From Patescibacteria group bacterium (GTDB lineage: Bacteria; Patescibacteriota; JABMPQ01), in the NCBI GenBank assembly GCA_041749335.1, contig JBGTBM010000010.1, forward strand, positions 221,110 to 285,109: DNA of 64,000 bases, given 5' to 3'. The position numbers were made by a program, and so were the translations under genes. The notes below the pieces were generated by a model. The model was not told where the DNA came from. It made no database searches and worked only from the letters and a program-made list of their open reading frames with translations. How positions within the stretch are numbered: position 1 is the stretch's first letter; each line of letters begins with the position of its first letter. Shown here piece after piece: positions 9,423 to 20,324 of the stretch.

Positions 9423-10622
9423 ATGAAAAAATTCTTTGTGTTTATACTAACTCTCGGTTTTTTGTTTATTTCTTCTAATTTTGTGTTGGCGGAAAATAAT
9501 CTAGCCCAGCAAAATGCCGGAAAAATATTACTTCAAGTGCAACAAAACGGAGAAGCATATTATGTTTATCCAAATGATAATAAGCGATATTATTTAGGTA
9601 GTCCCGAGAATGCCTGGTCTATTATGCGTTTTTTTGGAATTGGGATCAGCAACCCTGATTTACAAAAAATCCCCACCGGAATCGACCAACGCATGACAGA
9701 TAATGATTCCGATGGCGATGGCTTATCAGATGATTTAGAAAAAATATTCGGTACTCATATGTATTTACCCGACACTGATCATGACGGTTATTCTGATAGC
9801 TTAGAAATACAAAATAATTACGACCCTCTAAATTGTAATGGCTATCTGTTGCCGATTGATTATACTTTTACTGAAAAGAAAAAAGGTAAAATATTTCTAC
9901 AAGTCGAATCACATGGCGAAGCTTGGTATGTTAACCCCCAAGATGGCAAAAAATATTACATGGGCAGACCAGCGGATGCTTTAAAAATTATGCAATATTT
10001 GGGCCTGGGTATTGCTGATCAAAATCTTAATTTAATCAATGAAAATAATTTAATTGATTTTAGCCCGGAAAACCTTGATCCAAAGTATCAAGATGCCGAC
10101 GTTACCCTAGATTTGAATAGATTAAATTCCGGCACTTATTCCGTAAATACTCATCCTAGTTATTTAGGACCCTCGGCAGGATATGCATGCTATCAATACG
10201 CATCTACAGAACAAATAAAATCCGGATATCACGAAACAGGTTCCTATAAATATAGCACTTGGGGTATGTTAGAATTTTATAATCCCCTTCCCAAGTCCCA
10301 TAAAGCAATAATCAAACTTCGACTTGAAGATAAAAATAAAAAAGTTTTGGATCAGATTAACTACCTAACAATTATAAAAGTTAAATATGAAAATCTTTCC
10401 GGTAAATTTGAAGGATACTGCAGTAAATCTCATGGATTTGAACATATGGTTTTCAGCGATGAAAAAATAAATAAACAAAACCAGTTATTAAAGGATGGCT
10501 ATTTATACTTAGATGTAAGTACTTTAGTAAACCAGGAAAGACCCCTGAATCAATTAGCCATAAACACGATTGGAACGGATTATACATTTATTAAAAATGC
10601 TCAATTACTATTATTTTATTAA
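9423..10622 (+). CDS. Secreted protein with duplicated GKILLQV..GEAxYV repeats and DxDxDG Ca-binding (TSP3-like) repeats
   Basis: Signal peptide; two GKI(L/F)LQVxxxGEA(Y/W)YVxPxDxKxYY repeats; DSDGDGLSD and DTDHDGYSD. Confidence 0.7.
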   Translation: MKKFFVFILTLGFLFISSNFVLAENNLAQQNAGKILLQVQQNGEAYYVYPNDNKRYYLGSPENAWSIMRFFGIGISNPDLQKIPTGIDQRMTDNDSDGDGLSDDLEKIFGTHMYLPDTDHDGYSDSLEIQNNYDPLNCNGYLLPIDYTFTEKKKGKIFLQVESHGEAWYVNPQDGKKYYMGRPADALKIMQYLGLGIADQNLNLINENNLIDFSPENLDPKYQDADVTLDLNRLNSGTYSVNTHPSYLGPSAGYACYQYASTEQIKSGYHETGSYKYSTWGMLEFYNPLPKSHKAIIKLRLEDKNKKVLDQINYLTIIKVKYENLSGKFEGYCSKSHGFEHMVFSDEKINKQNQLLKDGYLYLDVSTLVNQERPLNQLAINTIGTDYTFIKNAQLLLFY

Positions 10623-10634
10623 TTAATAGGATCA

Positions 10635-10668
10635 AAAAAAGCATAGCTATACGGTTATGCTTTTTTAT
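10635..10668 (+). terminator. Rho-independent terminator
   Basis: AAAAAAGCATAGC...GTTATGCTTTTTT. Confidence 0.65.
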
Positions 10669-10727
10669 TGATTGAAAAATAATTTTTTGTTGATATAATA
10701 AATAAAGATATAAATTGCTATCTTTTT

Positions 10728-11870
10728 ATGTATATCGGCAAAATTGAAACGGGTAAATCTTATAAAAAGATTATTATAGCATTTCTTTTAATCAGCCTTT
10801 TTCTAATTGCTTTTGTTTCCTATGCTTCCTTTTCTAAAGCGGAAATAAAGGTTAAACCGAAAAAAGAGGAAATTTCTATAGATTATGAAGTAAAAGTGGA
10901 ATCAAACCAAGATATTGATTTATCGAAATTGCAAAATATTAATGGCCGAGTTATTCAAGTTGAATTGGAAGAAACGCAAAAATTTACTGACGTAGCCCAA
11001 AAAAAAGTTGATAATTATGCTACCGGCACCATTATCATTATTAATAATTTAGGACATAGCCAGCCTTTGCTTCCCCGCACTCAATTAATGTCCGACTCTG
11101 GAGTTTTATTCCGAACAAATGACCGAGTGGCTGTCCCCGCCCACGGCCGAGTTGAAGTCGGAATAACCGCGGATCAGCCGGGTGCCAGTGGAAACTTGGA
11201 ACCCACCCATTTTACCGTCGTGAAAATATGGAGTGATTGGCAAAAATCTTTCTATGGGGAAAGCTCATCCCCTACAACCGGAGGCATCAAAGAGGCAAAA
11301 GTCGCCACCCAGGAAGATTTAGACAAAGCGCTAGAAAAAATAAAAGGAGATTTATATATCAAGGGAATTGAGCAGATTAAAAATCAGCTCAATCCATCCG
11401 AAGAAGTTATTGAAAAAGCGACTAATCTGGAATTATTAGAACACCAATATTCCATTGATCCTAATACCGAAACTGAAGAATTTGACGTTCGCGCCAGAAT
11501 AAAATTGACAGCCGCTATATTTAATGAAAAAACATTGATTGATTTAGGCGTGGCCAAATTAAAAAAGAAAATTTCCGCCAGCAAGGAATTTGTAGAAACC
11601 AAGCATGAAAAAACTGATTATGAAGTAATTGAGTATAACGTAGAAGAGAATTGGGCCAAGGTTAAGGTTCATCTCGAGGGTTTTATGATTTCCAAGCTGG
11701 GCAATAACGCCTTTGATAAAGATAATTTATCCGGACGCAACGCAGCCGAAATATTAACTTACTACGAAAATATGCCGGAAATAGAAAGTGCTTTAGTAAA
11801 ATTTTCCCCTTTTTGGGTTAAAAGCGTTCCCAGTTTAAAAGATCATATAGAAATAATTGTGGAGAAATAA
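10728..11870 (+). CDS. Membrane-anchored baseplate J-like domain protein (CPR type)
   Basis: N-terminal TM; ATGTIIIIN...LLPRTQL...FRT...ADQPGASGN...GG motif; SPFWVKSVP near the C-terminus. Confidence 0.6.
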   Translation: MYIGKIETGKSYKKIIIAFLLISLFLIAFVSYASFSKAEIKVKPKKEEISIDYEVKVESNQDIDLSKLQNINGRVIQVELEETQKFTDVAQKKVDNYATGTIIIINNLGHSQPLLPRTQLMSDSGVLFRTNDRVAVPAHGRVEVGITADQPGASGNLEPTHFTVVKIWSDWQKSFYGESSSPTTGGIKEAKVATQEDLDKALEKIKGDLYIKGIEQIKNQLNPSEEVIEKATNLELLEHQYSIDPNTETEEFDVRARIKLTAAIFNEKTLIDLGVAKLKKKISASKEFVETKHEKTDYEVIEYNVEENWAKVKVHLEGFMISKLGNNAFDKDNLSGRNAAEILTYYENMPEIESALVKFSPFWVKSVPSLKDHIEIIVEK

Positions 11871-11873
11871 AAA

Positions 11874-13649
11874 ATGAAGAATATAATAGATAAAATTGAA
11901 ATCTTAAGGCATTCAACTGCTCATGTATTAGCGGCCTCAGTGCTTAAAATGTTTCCGGAGGCCAAATTTGCCATTGGCCCAGCGATAGCGGACGGTTTTT
12001 ATTATGATTTTGATCTGCCTCGCACGCTTATTCCGGAGGATTTAGCTTTGATTGAAGCAGAAATGCAAAATATCATCAATAAAAATTATCCCTTTGAAAA
12101 AGCTGTAATCAATATCGATGAAGCAATTAATCTTTTTAAAAAGGCGAAACAAGACTATAAAGTTGAAATTTTGGAAGATTTAAAAAATAAAGGAGAAAAG
12201 GAAGTATCAATTTATCAATCAGATAATTTTGTAGATCTTTGCAAGGGACCGCATTTAGATTCTACCGGAGAAATAAATAAAAAAAGCATTAAACTCATTA
12301 AAATATCCGGCGCATACTGGAAGGGTGATGAAAAAAGAAAAATGCTGCAAAGAATTTATGGGTTAGCTTTTTATACCCCCAAAGATCTGAAAAAACATCT
12401 CGCACAAATGAAAGAAGCAGAAAAAAGAGATCATCGAAAAATTGGCAAAGATCTGGATTTTTTTGTTTTCTCCGACTTGGTGGGAAAAGGCCTTCCCCTG
12501 CTAACCGAAAAAGGTTCAGTGATAAGAAGAGAGCTGGAAAGGTATATAGTTGATGAAGAAATTAAAAGAGGATATCAGCATGTATATTCTCAAGATTTAG
12601 CTAAAGTAGATTTATACCGCAAGTCCGGCCATTATCCATATTATAAAAAGACCATGTATCCTTCCATGATAGTTGACGATGAAGAATTAATACTCCGCCC
12701 AATGGCTTGTCCCCACCATTTTGAATTATACAAATCGAAATTAAGAAGTTATCGCGAATTACCTTTGCGTATCGCGGAAATTGCCAAGTTATACCGGTAT
12801 GAGAAATCCGGAGAGCTTACCGGCTTAATCAGAGTTAGGGATTTTTGCTTGGCAGATTCCCATATATTTTGCCGGGAATCACAAGCCGAGCAAGAGCTAA
12901 AGGATGTTTTACAATTAATTGATGACGTGTCCAGAACCCTAGGATTTAAAAAAAATAAAGATTATCGCTATCGCCTATCCCTGGGCAATAGAAAGGATAC
13001 CAAAAAATATTATAAAAATGATCAAGCTTGGGATAAAGCGGAAAAAATATTGAAAAAGGTTCTCATCGATCTAAAAGCGCCATTTTATGAAGAAACTGAC
13101 CAGGCGGCTTTTTACGGACCCAAAATTGATATCCAGATGAAAAATTTCGCCGGCAAGGAAGATACCGCTTTTACCGTTCAATATGATTTTTGTATGCCGG
13201 ATCGCTTTGATTTGACTTATAAAAACGAAAAAGGTAAAGACGAAAGAGCAATTGTTATCCACAGATCATCTATCGGCTCGATTGAGCGCACTATTGGGTT
13301 CTTGATTGAATATTACGCAGGTTCCTTCCCTTTGTGGCTCTCTCCTATTCAAGTAGCCGTTATACCCGTTTCCGACAAATTCATAAAGCCTGCTCAAAAT
13401 ATAATGGAAAAATTGTTTGCGGAAAAAATCCGCGTGGTAATTGATGACCGTAATGAATCTGTTGGTAAAAAAATATCCGACACTATAAAACAAAAAATTC
13501 CTTACACTATAGTTTACGGAGACAAGGAAGCTAAAAGTAAAAATTTGGCTATTAGAGTAAGAGGATCAAAAGAAATTAAGAATCAAAAATTAGAGGACTT
13601 TATTAAAAACATTAAAAATTTAATTGATAATAAAAGTTTAGATTTATAA
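11874..13649 (+). CDS. thrS: Threonine--tRNA ligase
   Basis: RHSTAHVLA, DLCKGPH, RDHRKIGK, AAFYGPKID and HRSSIGSIER motifs. Confidence 0.97.
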   Translation: MKNIIDKIEILRHSTAHVLAASVLKMFPEAKFAIGPAIADGFYYDFDLPRTLIPEDLALIEAEMQNIINKNYPFEKAVINIDEAINLFKKAKQDYKVEILEDLKNKGEKEVSIYQSDNFVDLCKGPHLDSTGEINKKSIKLIKISGAYWKGDEKRKMLQRIYGLAFYTPKDLKKHLAQMKEAEKRDHRKIGKDLDFFVFSDLVGKGLPLLTEKGSVIRRELERYIVDEEIKRGYQHVYSQDLAKVDLYRKSGHYPYYKKTMYPSMIVDDEELILRPMACPHHFELYKSKLRSYRELPLRIAEIAKLYRYEKSGELTGLIRVRDFCLADSHIFCRESQAEQELKDVLQLIDDVSRTLGFKKNKDYRYRLSLGNRKDTKKYYKNDQAWDKAEKILKKVLIDLKAPFYEETDQAAFYGPKIDIQMKNFAGKEDTAFTVQYDFCMPDRFDLTYKNEKGKDERAIVIHRSSIGSIERTIGFLIEYYAGSFPLWLSPIQVAVIPVSDKFIKPAQNIMEKLFAEKIRVVIDDRNESVGKKISDTIKQKIPYTIVYGDKEAKSKNLAIRVRGSKEIKNQKLEDFIKNIKNLIDNKSLDL

Positions 13650-13662
13650 AAAATATGGATAA

Positions 13663-13698
13663 CAAAAAAACGTCTCAAATATTCAAGGCGTTTTTTTG
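13663..13698. terminator. Bidirectional terminator between convergent genes
   Basis: CAAAAAAACGTCT...AGGCGTTTTTTTG. Confidence 0.65.
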
Positions 13699-13706
13699 AT
13701 AAAATA

Positions 13707-15059
13707 TTATTTTGCCGCTTCTTCGACGATAATTGATCCGACCATTCCGGATTCTTTATGACCGGGAACTGAACAATAAAATTCAAATTCACCCACTTGT
13801 TTCGGAGTATATTCGATCGAGACAGTTTCTCCTCCCTGCACTTTTATATCGATACCTAATTCATCTACAGTAAATGTATGCGCCACATCCAAACTGGTAA
13901 GTTCCAGCGTTACTCTCTGTCCATTAACAAGTTTTATAGTAGCGGGTGAATAACCAAAACTGAAAGCCTTCACTGATACGGTTTGGACCGGAATAACTGT
14001 TCCTCCATCATTATCATCGCTTCCATCTAAAATATTAGAAGATTGCTGTTGAGCCTTAGTTAAAGAAAATGTCCCGGATGAAGCAGCTGGCCAATTAGAC
14101 GGCGTACTGCCCATAACATTCCAATTGCCGTTTATTTGTTTGGTTTCATTAGAAAAAATCCCCGAAAATTCCATTTTATATTCTCGCTCCGTTGCCGATT
14201 CATTCACTCCGGCCGCAGAGTCTACTACTGAAAAATAATTAATCAGCATGGCTTTAAAATTATTACCATCCTTTTCAAAAGTAAAATATCCGGTTACCCT
14301 GGATTTATAAGTAATATTTTGTGTGCTGCCGGGGAATACCAATGTACCCGCCATTCTATTATTTTCAGTCAAATTTAGTTTAAATTCAGAAGATTTCGCT
14401 ACTTCGGAAGAAAAAGCTCCCGACCAATCGCCCACAATTATGTCTTTTTCCTCTTGTGATAGATCCTGTTCACCTAATTTGCCTGGACCGGCAGGATTAT
14501 ATCCGGAATCCACTTCAGCTTTATCACTGTAGCCATCGCCGTCAGTATCTTTTTTATTGGGATCGGATTTGTATAAAACTATTTCGTCATAATCAGTTAA
14601 GCCATCTTGATCAGAATCCTGCTTTTTTAAAAATTCCATCACCGGCAGTAAATCCTGTTTGGTAGCATAATCCTTTAATCCCGCCTCAATGGCTTCAACT
14701 TTTTGTTCAAAAGTATCGATTCCCGAAAGATTATTTTCGATCGCATCGACCTTGTCAATCAAAGTATTAATCAAATTCTGATTCTTAATTATTTCAGTAT
14801 TTTGATCTGTATTTTTACTATCAATATCCGAATAAAATATAAATCCTAACACTCCCATGCCAATAATAAATAAAAAAAGTACGGCCATAAGTATTTTGGT
14901 AAGCAATCCACCCGTGCTTGTCTTTTTAGTTTTTGGAGCAATCGCCATCGTCGGCATTTGCGGTCTTCCCGCTGCTATTCCTTGTTCCATAGCGCTCTTT
15001 TTTTGAAACGATTGATCTAATAACTTGTTTAAATTTTGATTTTGATTTGTGTTTACCAT
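13707..15059 (-). CDS. Membrane-anchored protein with coiled coil, DxDxDG repeats and a C-terminal cupredoxin domain
   Basis: TM helix; DSDQDGLTD and DTDGDGYSD; HTF...FYCSVPGHKESGM type-1 copper ligand set. Confidence 0.8.
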   Translation of the reverse strand: MVNTNQNQNLNKLLDQSFQKKSAMEQGIAAGRPQMPTMAIAPKTKKTSTGGLLTKILMAVLFLFIIGMGVLGFIFYSDIDSKNTDQNTEIIKNQNLINTLIDKVDAIENNLSGIDTFEQKVEAIEAGLKDYATKQDLLPVMEFLKKQDSDQDGLTDYDEIVLYKSDPNKKDTDGDGYSDKAEVDSGYNPAGPGKLGEQDLSQEEKDIIVGDWSGAFSSEVAKSSEFKLNLTENNRMAGTLVFPGSTQNITYKSRVTGYFTFEKDGNNFKAMLINYFSVVDSAAGVNESATEREYKMEFSGIFSNETKQINGNWNVMGSTPSNWPAASSGTFSLTKAQQQSSNILDGSDDNDGGTVIPVQTVSVKAFSFGYSPATIKLVNGQRVTLELTSLDVAHTFTVDELGIDIKVQGGETVSIEYTPKQVGEFEFYCSVPGHKESGMVGSIIVEEAAK

Positions 15060-15121
15060 TTTATATAATTAAGTTCAATATTATATAAATTATAGCATAA
15101 CAAGTGCCTTGAGTCAAAAAC

Positions 15122-17347
15122 TTATGCACTGCAATATGAATAGCCGCAACTAGGACAAGTGCTGCAACCTTCCACCTGCCGCATTTTTTTACCGCATTCC
15201 GGACATTTTACTGACTTTTTTCCGCCGTCAGAATTATAATTATTTTCTTCTGCGTTATTTTTCTTCGTCTTATTTTTCTGCGTACCAATATTCAAAACCT
15301 GCATTTCCCTGCTTTTATCACGATAAACCGTCAATCCCTTGCATCCCAATCTATAAGCTAAGCGATAAACCTTATCTACATCTTCCGCAGAAGCATTATT
15401 GGGAAAATTAATAGTCTTAGATACCGCGTTATCTGTATATTTTTGGAAGGCCGCTTGCATTTTAATATGATCTTCCGGATCAATATCCAACGATGTAACA
15501 AATAGATCGCGTACCCTTTGAGGAATTTCTTCCATGTCCTGAATAGAGCCCTTTTGGGCTATCTTTCTCATTAGCTCGTCACTATAGAATCTCTCTCTTC
15601 TGGCAATTTCTTCAAAATATGGATTAACTTCCAATAATTCATCTCCGGTGTCTAAAATGTTTTGTCTAACATAAGAAATGGCAAATAGAGGTTCAACGCC
15701 GGACGAACAACCCGCAATAATGCTAATTGTTCCTGTAGGCGCAATCGTGGTGGTGGTGGCGTTCCGCATTTTTATACCATCATTTTTATCATAGATACTG
15801 CCTTTGTAATTTGGGAAAGTTCCTCTTTCTTCCGCCAGTTCCGCCGACATCTTTTTTGATTCCACATCAATAAATTTCATTACCCTTTCAGCCAGCTTAA
15901 AAGCTCTTTCGGAATTATAAGGAATATCCAATTGTACCAGCATATCGGCCCAGCCCATAACGCCCATGCCGATTTTTCGATTGGCTTCCACCATTTGCTC
16001 AATCTCTTCAATTGGATATCTACTCATATCAATTACATTATCTAAGAAATGAGTTGCCGTTCTAACTACTCTCTTTAATATGCCCCAGTCTACCTGTTTT
16101 TTGCCGTTGACATCTACCACCATTTTAGCAAGATTAATCGATCCTAAATTACAGCTTTCATAAGGCAATAAGGGCTGCTCTCCGCATGGATTGGTACTTT
16201 CCAGTTCTCCAATATGCGGAGTAGGATTAAATTTATTAATCCGATCAATAAAAATTAATCCCGGTTCACCGTTCTTCCACGCCATAGTGACAATCAAATC
16301 AAATACTTTGGCTGCCGGCATTTTTTTCACTATTTCGCCATTGCGTGGATTAATAATATTATAATGGCCGTTTTTGATTACCGCCTGCATAAAATCATCG
16401 GTAATGGCAACCGATATATTGAAATTTGCCAGAATACCTTCTTTCTCTTTACAAGTAATAAAATCTAAAATATCAGGATGATCTACCCGCAATATTCCCA
16501 TATTGGCGCCCCTTCTGGTGCCTCCCTGTTTGATAACATCTGTTGCTTTGTCAAATACCTGCATAAAAGATAATGGCCCGGATGCTACGCCTCCGGTGGA
16601 TTTAACCATATCTCCCGCCGGTCTTAGGCGGGAAAAAGAAAAACCAGTGCCGCCGCCGCTTTGATGAATTAAGGCGGTATTTTTTATCGTTTCAAAAATT
16701 TTCGCCATATTGTCTTCAATCGGAAGTACAAAACAAGCCGCCAGCTGCTGCAAATCTCTGCCAGCATTCATCAGCGTAGGAGAATTGGGAACAAATTCCA
16801 AAGAAGAAATCATATCATAAAATTCTTGAGCGGTTTTTTCCACGCTAACATCTTGGTTATAAAGCGTTTTATATAATTTATCGGCATGGGCGATATTATG
16901 CGCCACTCTCTCAAACAGCTGTTTTGGATTCTCAATAACATTGCCTTCATGGTCTTTAGCTAAATATCGCTTCTTTAAGACCGTTAAAGCGTTAATATTC
17001 AATTTAATATCGGACTTTAACCCCAATATTTCATGTCTTATTTCTCTAAGTCTTTTGTGCCTTTGGCGGTATAAAATATATGCTTTAGCAGCGGCCGTTT
17101 GATCGCCTAAAATAAGCATTTCCTCAACAATATCCTGGATCTGTTCCACTTCCGGAATTTTCTTTTCATCAAAATTTTTATTTATTTTCTGTAAAACTTT
17201 ATCTGCTATTTCCCTAGCTTTTTTCCTGCTTCCGGTTTTGGTGGCATTCATGGCTTTAAAGATCGCGTTGGTGATTTTTATTTGATCAAATTTTACTTTT
17301 CGGCCATCTCGCTTGAGGATAAATGGTACTTTTACTTTTTTAGGCAT
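15122..17347 (-). CDS. nrdJ: Class II (B12-dependent) ribonucleotide reductase with an N-terminal ATP cone
   Basis: [13 protein letters not shown] cone; [19 protein letters not shown] and TIAPTGTIS; C-terminal CPEC...CPSCGYSYC. Confidence 0.95.
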   Translation of the reverse strand: MPKKVKVPFILKRDGRKVKFDQIKITNAIFKAMNATKTGSRKKAREIADKVLQKINKNFDEKKIPEVEQIQDIVEEMLILGDQTAAAKAYILYRQRHKRLREIRHEILGLKSDIKLNINALTVLKKRYLAKDHEGNVIENPKQLFERVAHNIAHADKLYKTLYNQDVSVEKTAQEFYDMISSLEFVPNSPTLMNAGRDLQQLAACFVLPIEDNMAKIFETIKNTALIHQSGGGTGFSFSRLRPAGDMVKSTGGVASGPLSFMQVFDKATDVIKQGGTRRGANMGILRVDHPDILDFITCKEKEGILANFNISVAITDDFMQAVIKNGHYNIINPRNGEIVKKMPAAKVFDLIVTMAWKNGEPGLIFIDRINKFNPTPHIGELESTNPCGEQPLLPYESCNLGSINLAKMVVDVNGKKQVDWGILKRVVRTATHFLDNVIDMSRYPIEEIEQMVEANRKIGMGVMGWADMLVQLDIPYNSERAFKLAERVMKFIDVESKKMSAELAEERGTFPNYKGSIYDKNDGIKMRNATTTTIAPTGTISIIAGCSSGVEPLFAISYVRQNILDTGDELLEVNPYFEEIARRERFYSDELMRKIAQKGSIQDMEEIPQRVRDLFVTSLDIDPEDHIKMQAAFQKYTDNAVSKTINFPNNASAEDVDKVYRLAYRLGCKGLTVYRDKSREMQVLNIGTQKNKTKKNNAEENNYNSDGGKKSVKCPECGKKMRQVEGCSTCPSCGYSYCSA

Positions 17348-17352
17348 TTATT

Positions 17353-17829
17353 TTACTTATTTTTTTTATATTTTTTAATTTTGCTATTTTTTAAACTGGC
17401 TAATTCCTTTTTAAATTTATCCGCGCTATCAAACGATTTATAGACGGAAGCAAACCGCAAATACGCCACCTCATCCATACCCTTGAGTTGATTGATGACT
17501 AAATTTCCGATTGTTTTGGAAGAAACCACCGGCTTTTTTCGATCTGAAAGTTTTTTTTCAATATTACTGACTAATTTTAATATTTCTTCGTGTCCAACCG
17601 GTCTTTTTTCACAAGAACGCTCAATTCCAGCTAATAATTTATTACGGTCATAAGCCTGCAAGGTTCCATCCTTCTTTCTTATTTTAAAATTCAAAAGCTC
17701 CATCTCTTCATGGGTGCTAAATCGAAACTTGCACCACAAACACATCCTCCTTCTTCTTATGATTGTGCCCTCTTCTAAAGCGCGAGAGTCTATTACTTTT
17801 GTTTCTTTTTTACAAATAGGACATTTCAT
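17353..17829 (-). CDS. nrdR: Transcriptional repressor NrdR
   Basis: MKCPIC...TKVIDSR...IRRRRMC Zn ribbon; VAYLRFASVY. Confidence 0.96.
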   Translation of the reverse strand: MKCPICKKETKVIDSRALEEGTIIRRRRMCLWCKFRFSTHEEMELLNFKIRKKDGTLQAYDRNKLLAGIERSCEKRPVGHEEILKLVSNIEKKLSDRKKPVVSSKTIGNLVINQLKGMDEVAYLRFASVYKSFDSADKFKKELASLKNSKIKKYKKNK

Positions 17830-17834
17830 CGTAA

Positions 17835-17888
17835 ATACTATATATTGTGTAGTCTTTATAATTTTAATACAATATGTTCTATTGTCAA
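17835..17888 (-). promoter_or_regulatory. Tandem NrdR boxes overlapping a sigma70 promoter of nrdR-nrdJ
   Basis: ATACTATATATTGTGT (17835-17850) and ATACAATATGTTCTAT (17867-17882), 32 bp apart, match acaCwAtATaTwGtgt. Minus-strand TTGACA (17883-17888)-16 bp-TAAAAT. Confidence 0.8.
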
Positions 17889-17974
17889 ATTTTTATTTAT
17901 GGGCGATTTTAACCTAGTTTAAGGTAAATAAAAAAAGGTTTATAAAAACCTTTCCGGCTCTGTGGATAATTTAA

Positions 17975-18559
17975 TTATTCGGCGCTGTTGATAACTGCCT
18001 TAAACTTTTTCTCTTCCTCTTGCGGAGCTTCAAATTTTATTTGCTCGCGCAATTGATCATAATTAGGCATGTCTTTTACGCTGCTTAAGCCCAAATGTTT
18101 TAATAAATCCATTGATGCTTCATAAACGGAAAGCCTTAAATCTTCTTGGCTGGATTTTTTAGTTATCAGCCCCCTAATCAAAAGGCTTCTTAAAATATAA
18201 ATACAATTTACTCCTCTAATCATTTCAATTTCGGAGCGGCTAATCGGACCACGATAAGCAATGATTGCCAAAGTTTCTAAAGCGGCTTTCGATAAATCAT
18301 CCTGTAATTCTGATGTTACTAGCTTCTGCACGCTGTCCGCATTTTCCGGCGCTGATGCTAATTGTGCGCTATCACTTTTAAAAACAATTCTAAATCCACG
18401 CTGATTACTCTGATATTCTGCATTTAATTCATTAAGCAAATCGGCTACTTCTTGCGTTTTTTCTATCTTAAGAATTCCGGCTAATTTTTTATAACCAATC
18501 GGCTTACCTGATACAAAAAGCAAACTTTCCAATCTAGATTTAAGATTATTTTTATCCAT
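17975..18559 (-). CDS. scpB: SMC-Scp complex subunit ScpB
   Basis: LESLLFVSGKP and LSKAALETLAIIAYRGPISRSEIEMIRGVN motifs. Confidence 0.95.
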   Translation of the reverse strand: MDKNNLKSRLESLLFVSGKPIGYKKLAGILKIEKTQEVADLLNELNAEYQSNQRGFRIVFKSDSAQLASAPENADSVQKLVTSELQDDLSKAALETLAIIAYRGPISRSEIEMIRGVNCIYILRSLLIRGLITKKSSQEDLRLSVYEASMDLLKHLGLSSVKDMPNYDQLREQIKFEAPQEEEKKFKAVINSAE

Positions 18560-18565
18560 GACTTT

Positions 18566-19279
18566 TTAATTTATTTCTCTTGATGATTCGATCTCAATAT
18601 CAGAAAAATTTGCAGATTGCCTAACCATCACAAGCTTTTGTTTAATTAGTTCCAGTAATGCCAAAAACGATACAATCGCATCCACTTTTGATTTTGATTT
18701 TTTTATAATACTATTAAACTTGAATTTTGTTTGTGCGGAAAGCATGGATTGGATATCTAAAATTTTTTCTTTAATTGATACCGTGGCTCGCACCGTTTCC
18801 TTCCGCAATCTTTCAAATTTATCCAAAACCCTACTAAGGCCCTGAGCGGCCAGCAGAATAGCATTTTGATCCAGCTGTTCACCGGGATAAAAAGCATGTG
18901 CAACATTTCCAATATAGGTTCTTTCAAATAAGCGATCTTTATTTTTATAAAGAGCGGCCAGCACTTGCGCCGCCTCTTTAAATCTTTTATATTCCCGTAA
19001 CCTAAGTTTTAAATCTTCAATGCTTTCTTCATCCTCTTCTTCAATTTCAATCTCCGGAAGTAAGGCTTTTGACTTCAAAAGAATTAATTTGGCCGCTACT
19101 GACAAAAAATCGGCTAAATTGGCAGGATCTATTTCCTCTGCCCTCTCAAGATATTGCAAATATTGATCCGCCACCTTAGAAAGCGATACTTCGGTAATAT
19201 CCATCTTTTCTTTCTCAATCAGCTCCAGCAGTAAATCCAAAGGCCCTTCAAATTTTTCTATTTTTATTCTATATGCCAT
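18566..19279 (-). CDS. scpA: Segregation/condensation protein ScpA
   Basis: FEGPLDLLLELI, KSKALLP and FLALLELIK motifs. Confidence 0.95.
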   Translation of the reverse strand: MAYRIKIEKFEGPLDLLLELIEKEKMDITEVSLSKVADQYLQYLERAEEIDPANLADFLSVAAKLILLKSKALLPEIEIEEEDEESIEDLKLRLREYKRFKEAAQVLAALYKNKDRLFERTYIGNVAHAFYPGEQLDQNAILLAAQGLSRVLDKFERLRKETVRATVSIKEKILDIQSMLSAQTKFKFNSIIKKSKSKVDAIVSFLALLELIKQKLVMVRQSANFSDIEIESSREIN

Positions 19280-19294
19280 TTAAAATATTCCGGT

Positions 19295-20308
19295 TTATCT
19301 GTTTAGATATTGTTTTTTATAGTATTCCATATATTCACCCGATTTTATTTTCTTCCACCAAATTTCATTTTGCTGATACCATTCCACGGTCTTTTTAATT
19401 CCCTCTTCAAAATTAACTTGCGGATCCCAGCCTAGATTTCTCAACTTTTGTGTATCAACCGCATACCGTCGATCGTGTCCGGGACGATCCTTGACATACT
19501 CTATCATACTTTCATCTTTGCCGCATAATCTGACAATTGTTTTAGTTAATTCCATATTGGTTATTTCCGGATCATTATTAGCTCCCACATTATAAACTTC
19601 TCCCGAACTTCCTTGATGTAAAACTACGTCAATCCCGCCGCAATGATCTTCTACATAGATCCAATCCCTTATTTGATCCCCCTTGCCATAGATTGGCACC
19701 TTTTGTCCCTCAATTAAATTAGTCACAAATAGCGGAATAATTTTTTCCGGATATTGATAAGGGCCATAATTATTTGTGCCCCTGGTTATCATTACCGGTA
19801 AATCATAAGTCCGATGATATGCCATAACCATTAAATCACCTCCTGCCTTGGAAGCAGAATACGGACTAGAAGCTTCAATTTTATCTGTTTCTTTGGCAAA
19901 CCCCTTGCCCTCATAATCTCCATAGACTTCATCTGTGCTAATAAAAATCGCTTTCTCAATCCCATGCTTTTTAATCGCTTCTAATAAATTATAAGTACCA
20001 AATATATCAGTTTTAACAAAAGCTCCAGCTTCCAAAATTGAGCGATCAACATGGGTTTCAGCGGCAAAGTTTACCAATGTATCCAGCTTTTCTTCGGAAA
20101 ATACCTGATTGATTAATTTTTCATCACAGATATCCCCTTTGATAAATTTGTAACGAGGGTCATTTTCGATATCCTTTAAATTTTCCAAATTGCCGGCATA
20201 AGTTAACTTGTCAAAATTAACTATTTGATAATCCGGATATTTTTTTAACATATGGCGGATAAAATTTGAACCGATAAATCCCGCCCCGCCCGTTACTAAT
20301 ATTTTCAT
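19295..20308 (-). CDS. rfbB: dTDP-glucose 4,6-dehydratase
   Basis: TGGAGFIGSNF, AAETHVDRSI, STDEVYG, YSASK and DRPGHDRRYA motifs. Confidence 0.95.
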   Translation of the reverse strand: MKILVTGGAGFIGSNFIRHMLKKYPDYQIVNFDKLTYAGNLENLKDIENDPRYKFIKGDICDEKLINQVFSEEKLDTLVNFAAETHVDRSILEAGAFVKTDIFGTYNLLEAIKKHGIEKAIFISTDEVYGDYEGKGFAKETDKIEASSPYSASKAGGDLMVMAYHRTYDLPVMITRGTNNYGPYQYPEKIIPLFVTNLIEGQKVPIYGKGDQIRDWIYVEDHCGGIDVVLHQGSSGEVYNVGANNDPEITNMELTKTIVRLCGKDESMIEYVKDRPGHDRRYAVDTQKLRNLGWDPQVNFEEGIKKTVEWYQQNEIWWKKIKSGEYMEYYKKQYLNR

Positions 20309-20324
20309 AATAATTAAAATTTAT

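Noticed and set aside
10728-11870. Baseplate J-like protein as evidence of a prophage or contractile system
   Set aside because: It is membrane-anchored, lies 3 bp upstream of thrS, and no other phage structural genes or integrase are present.
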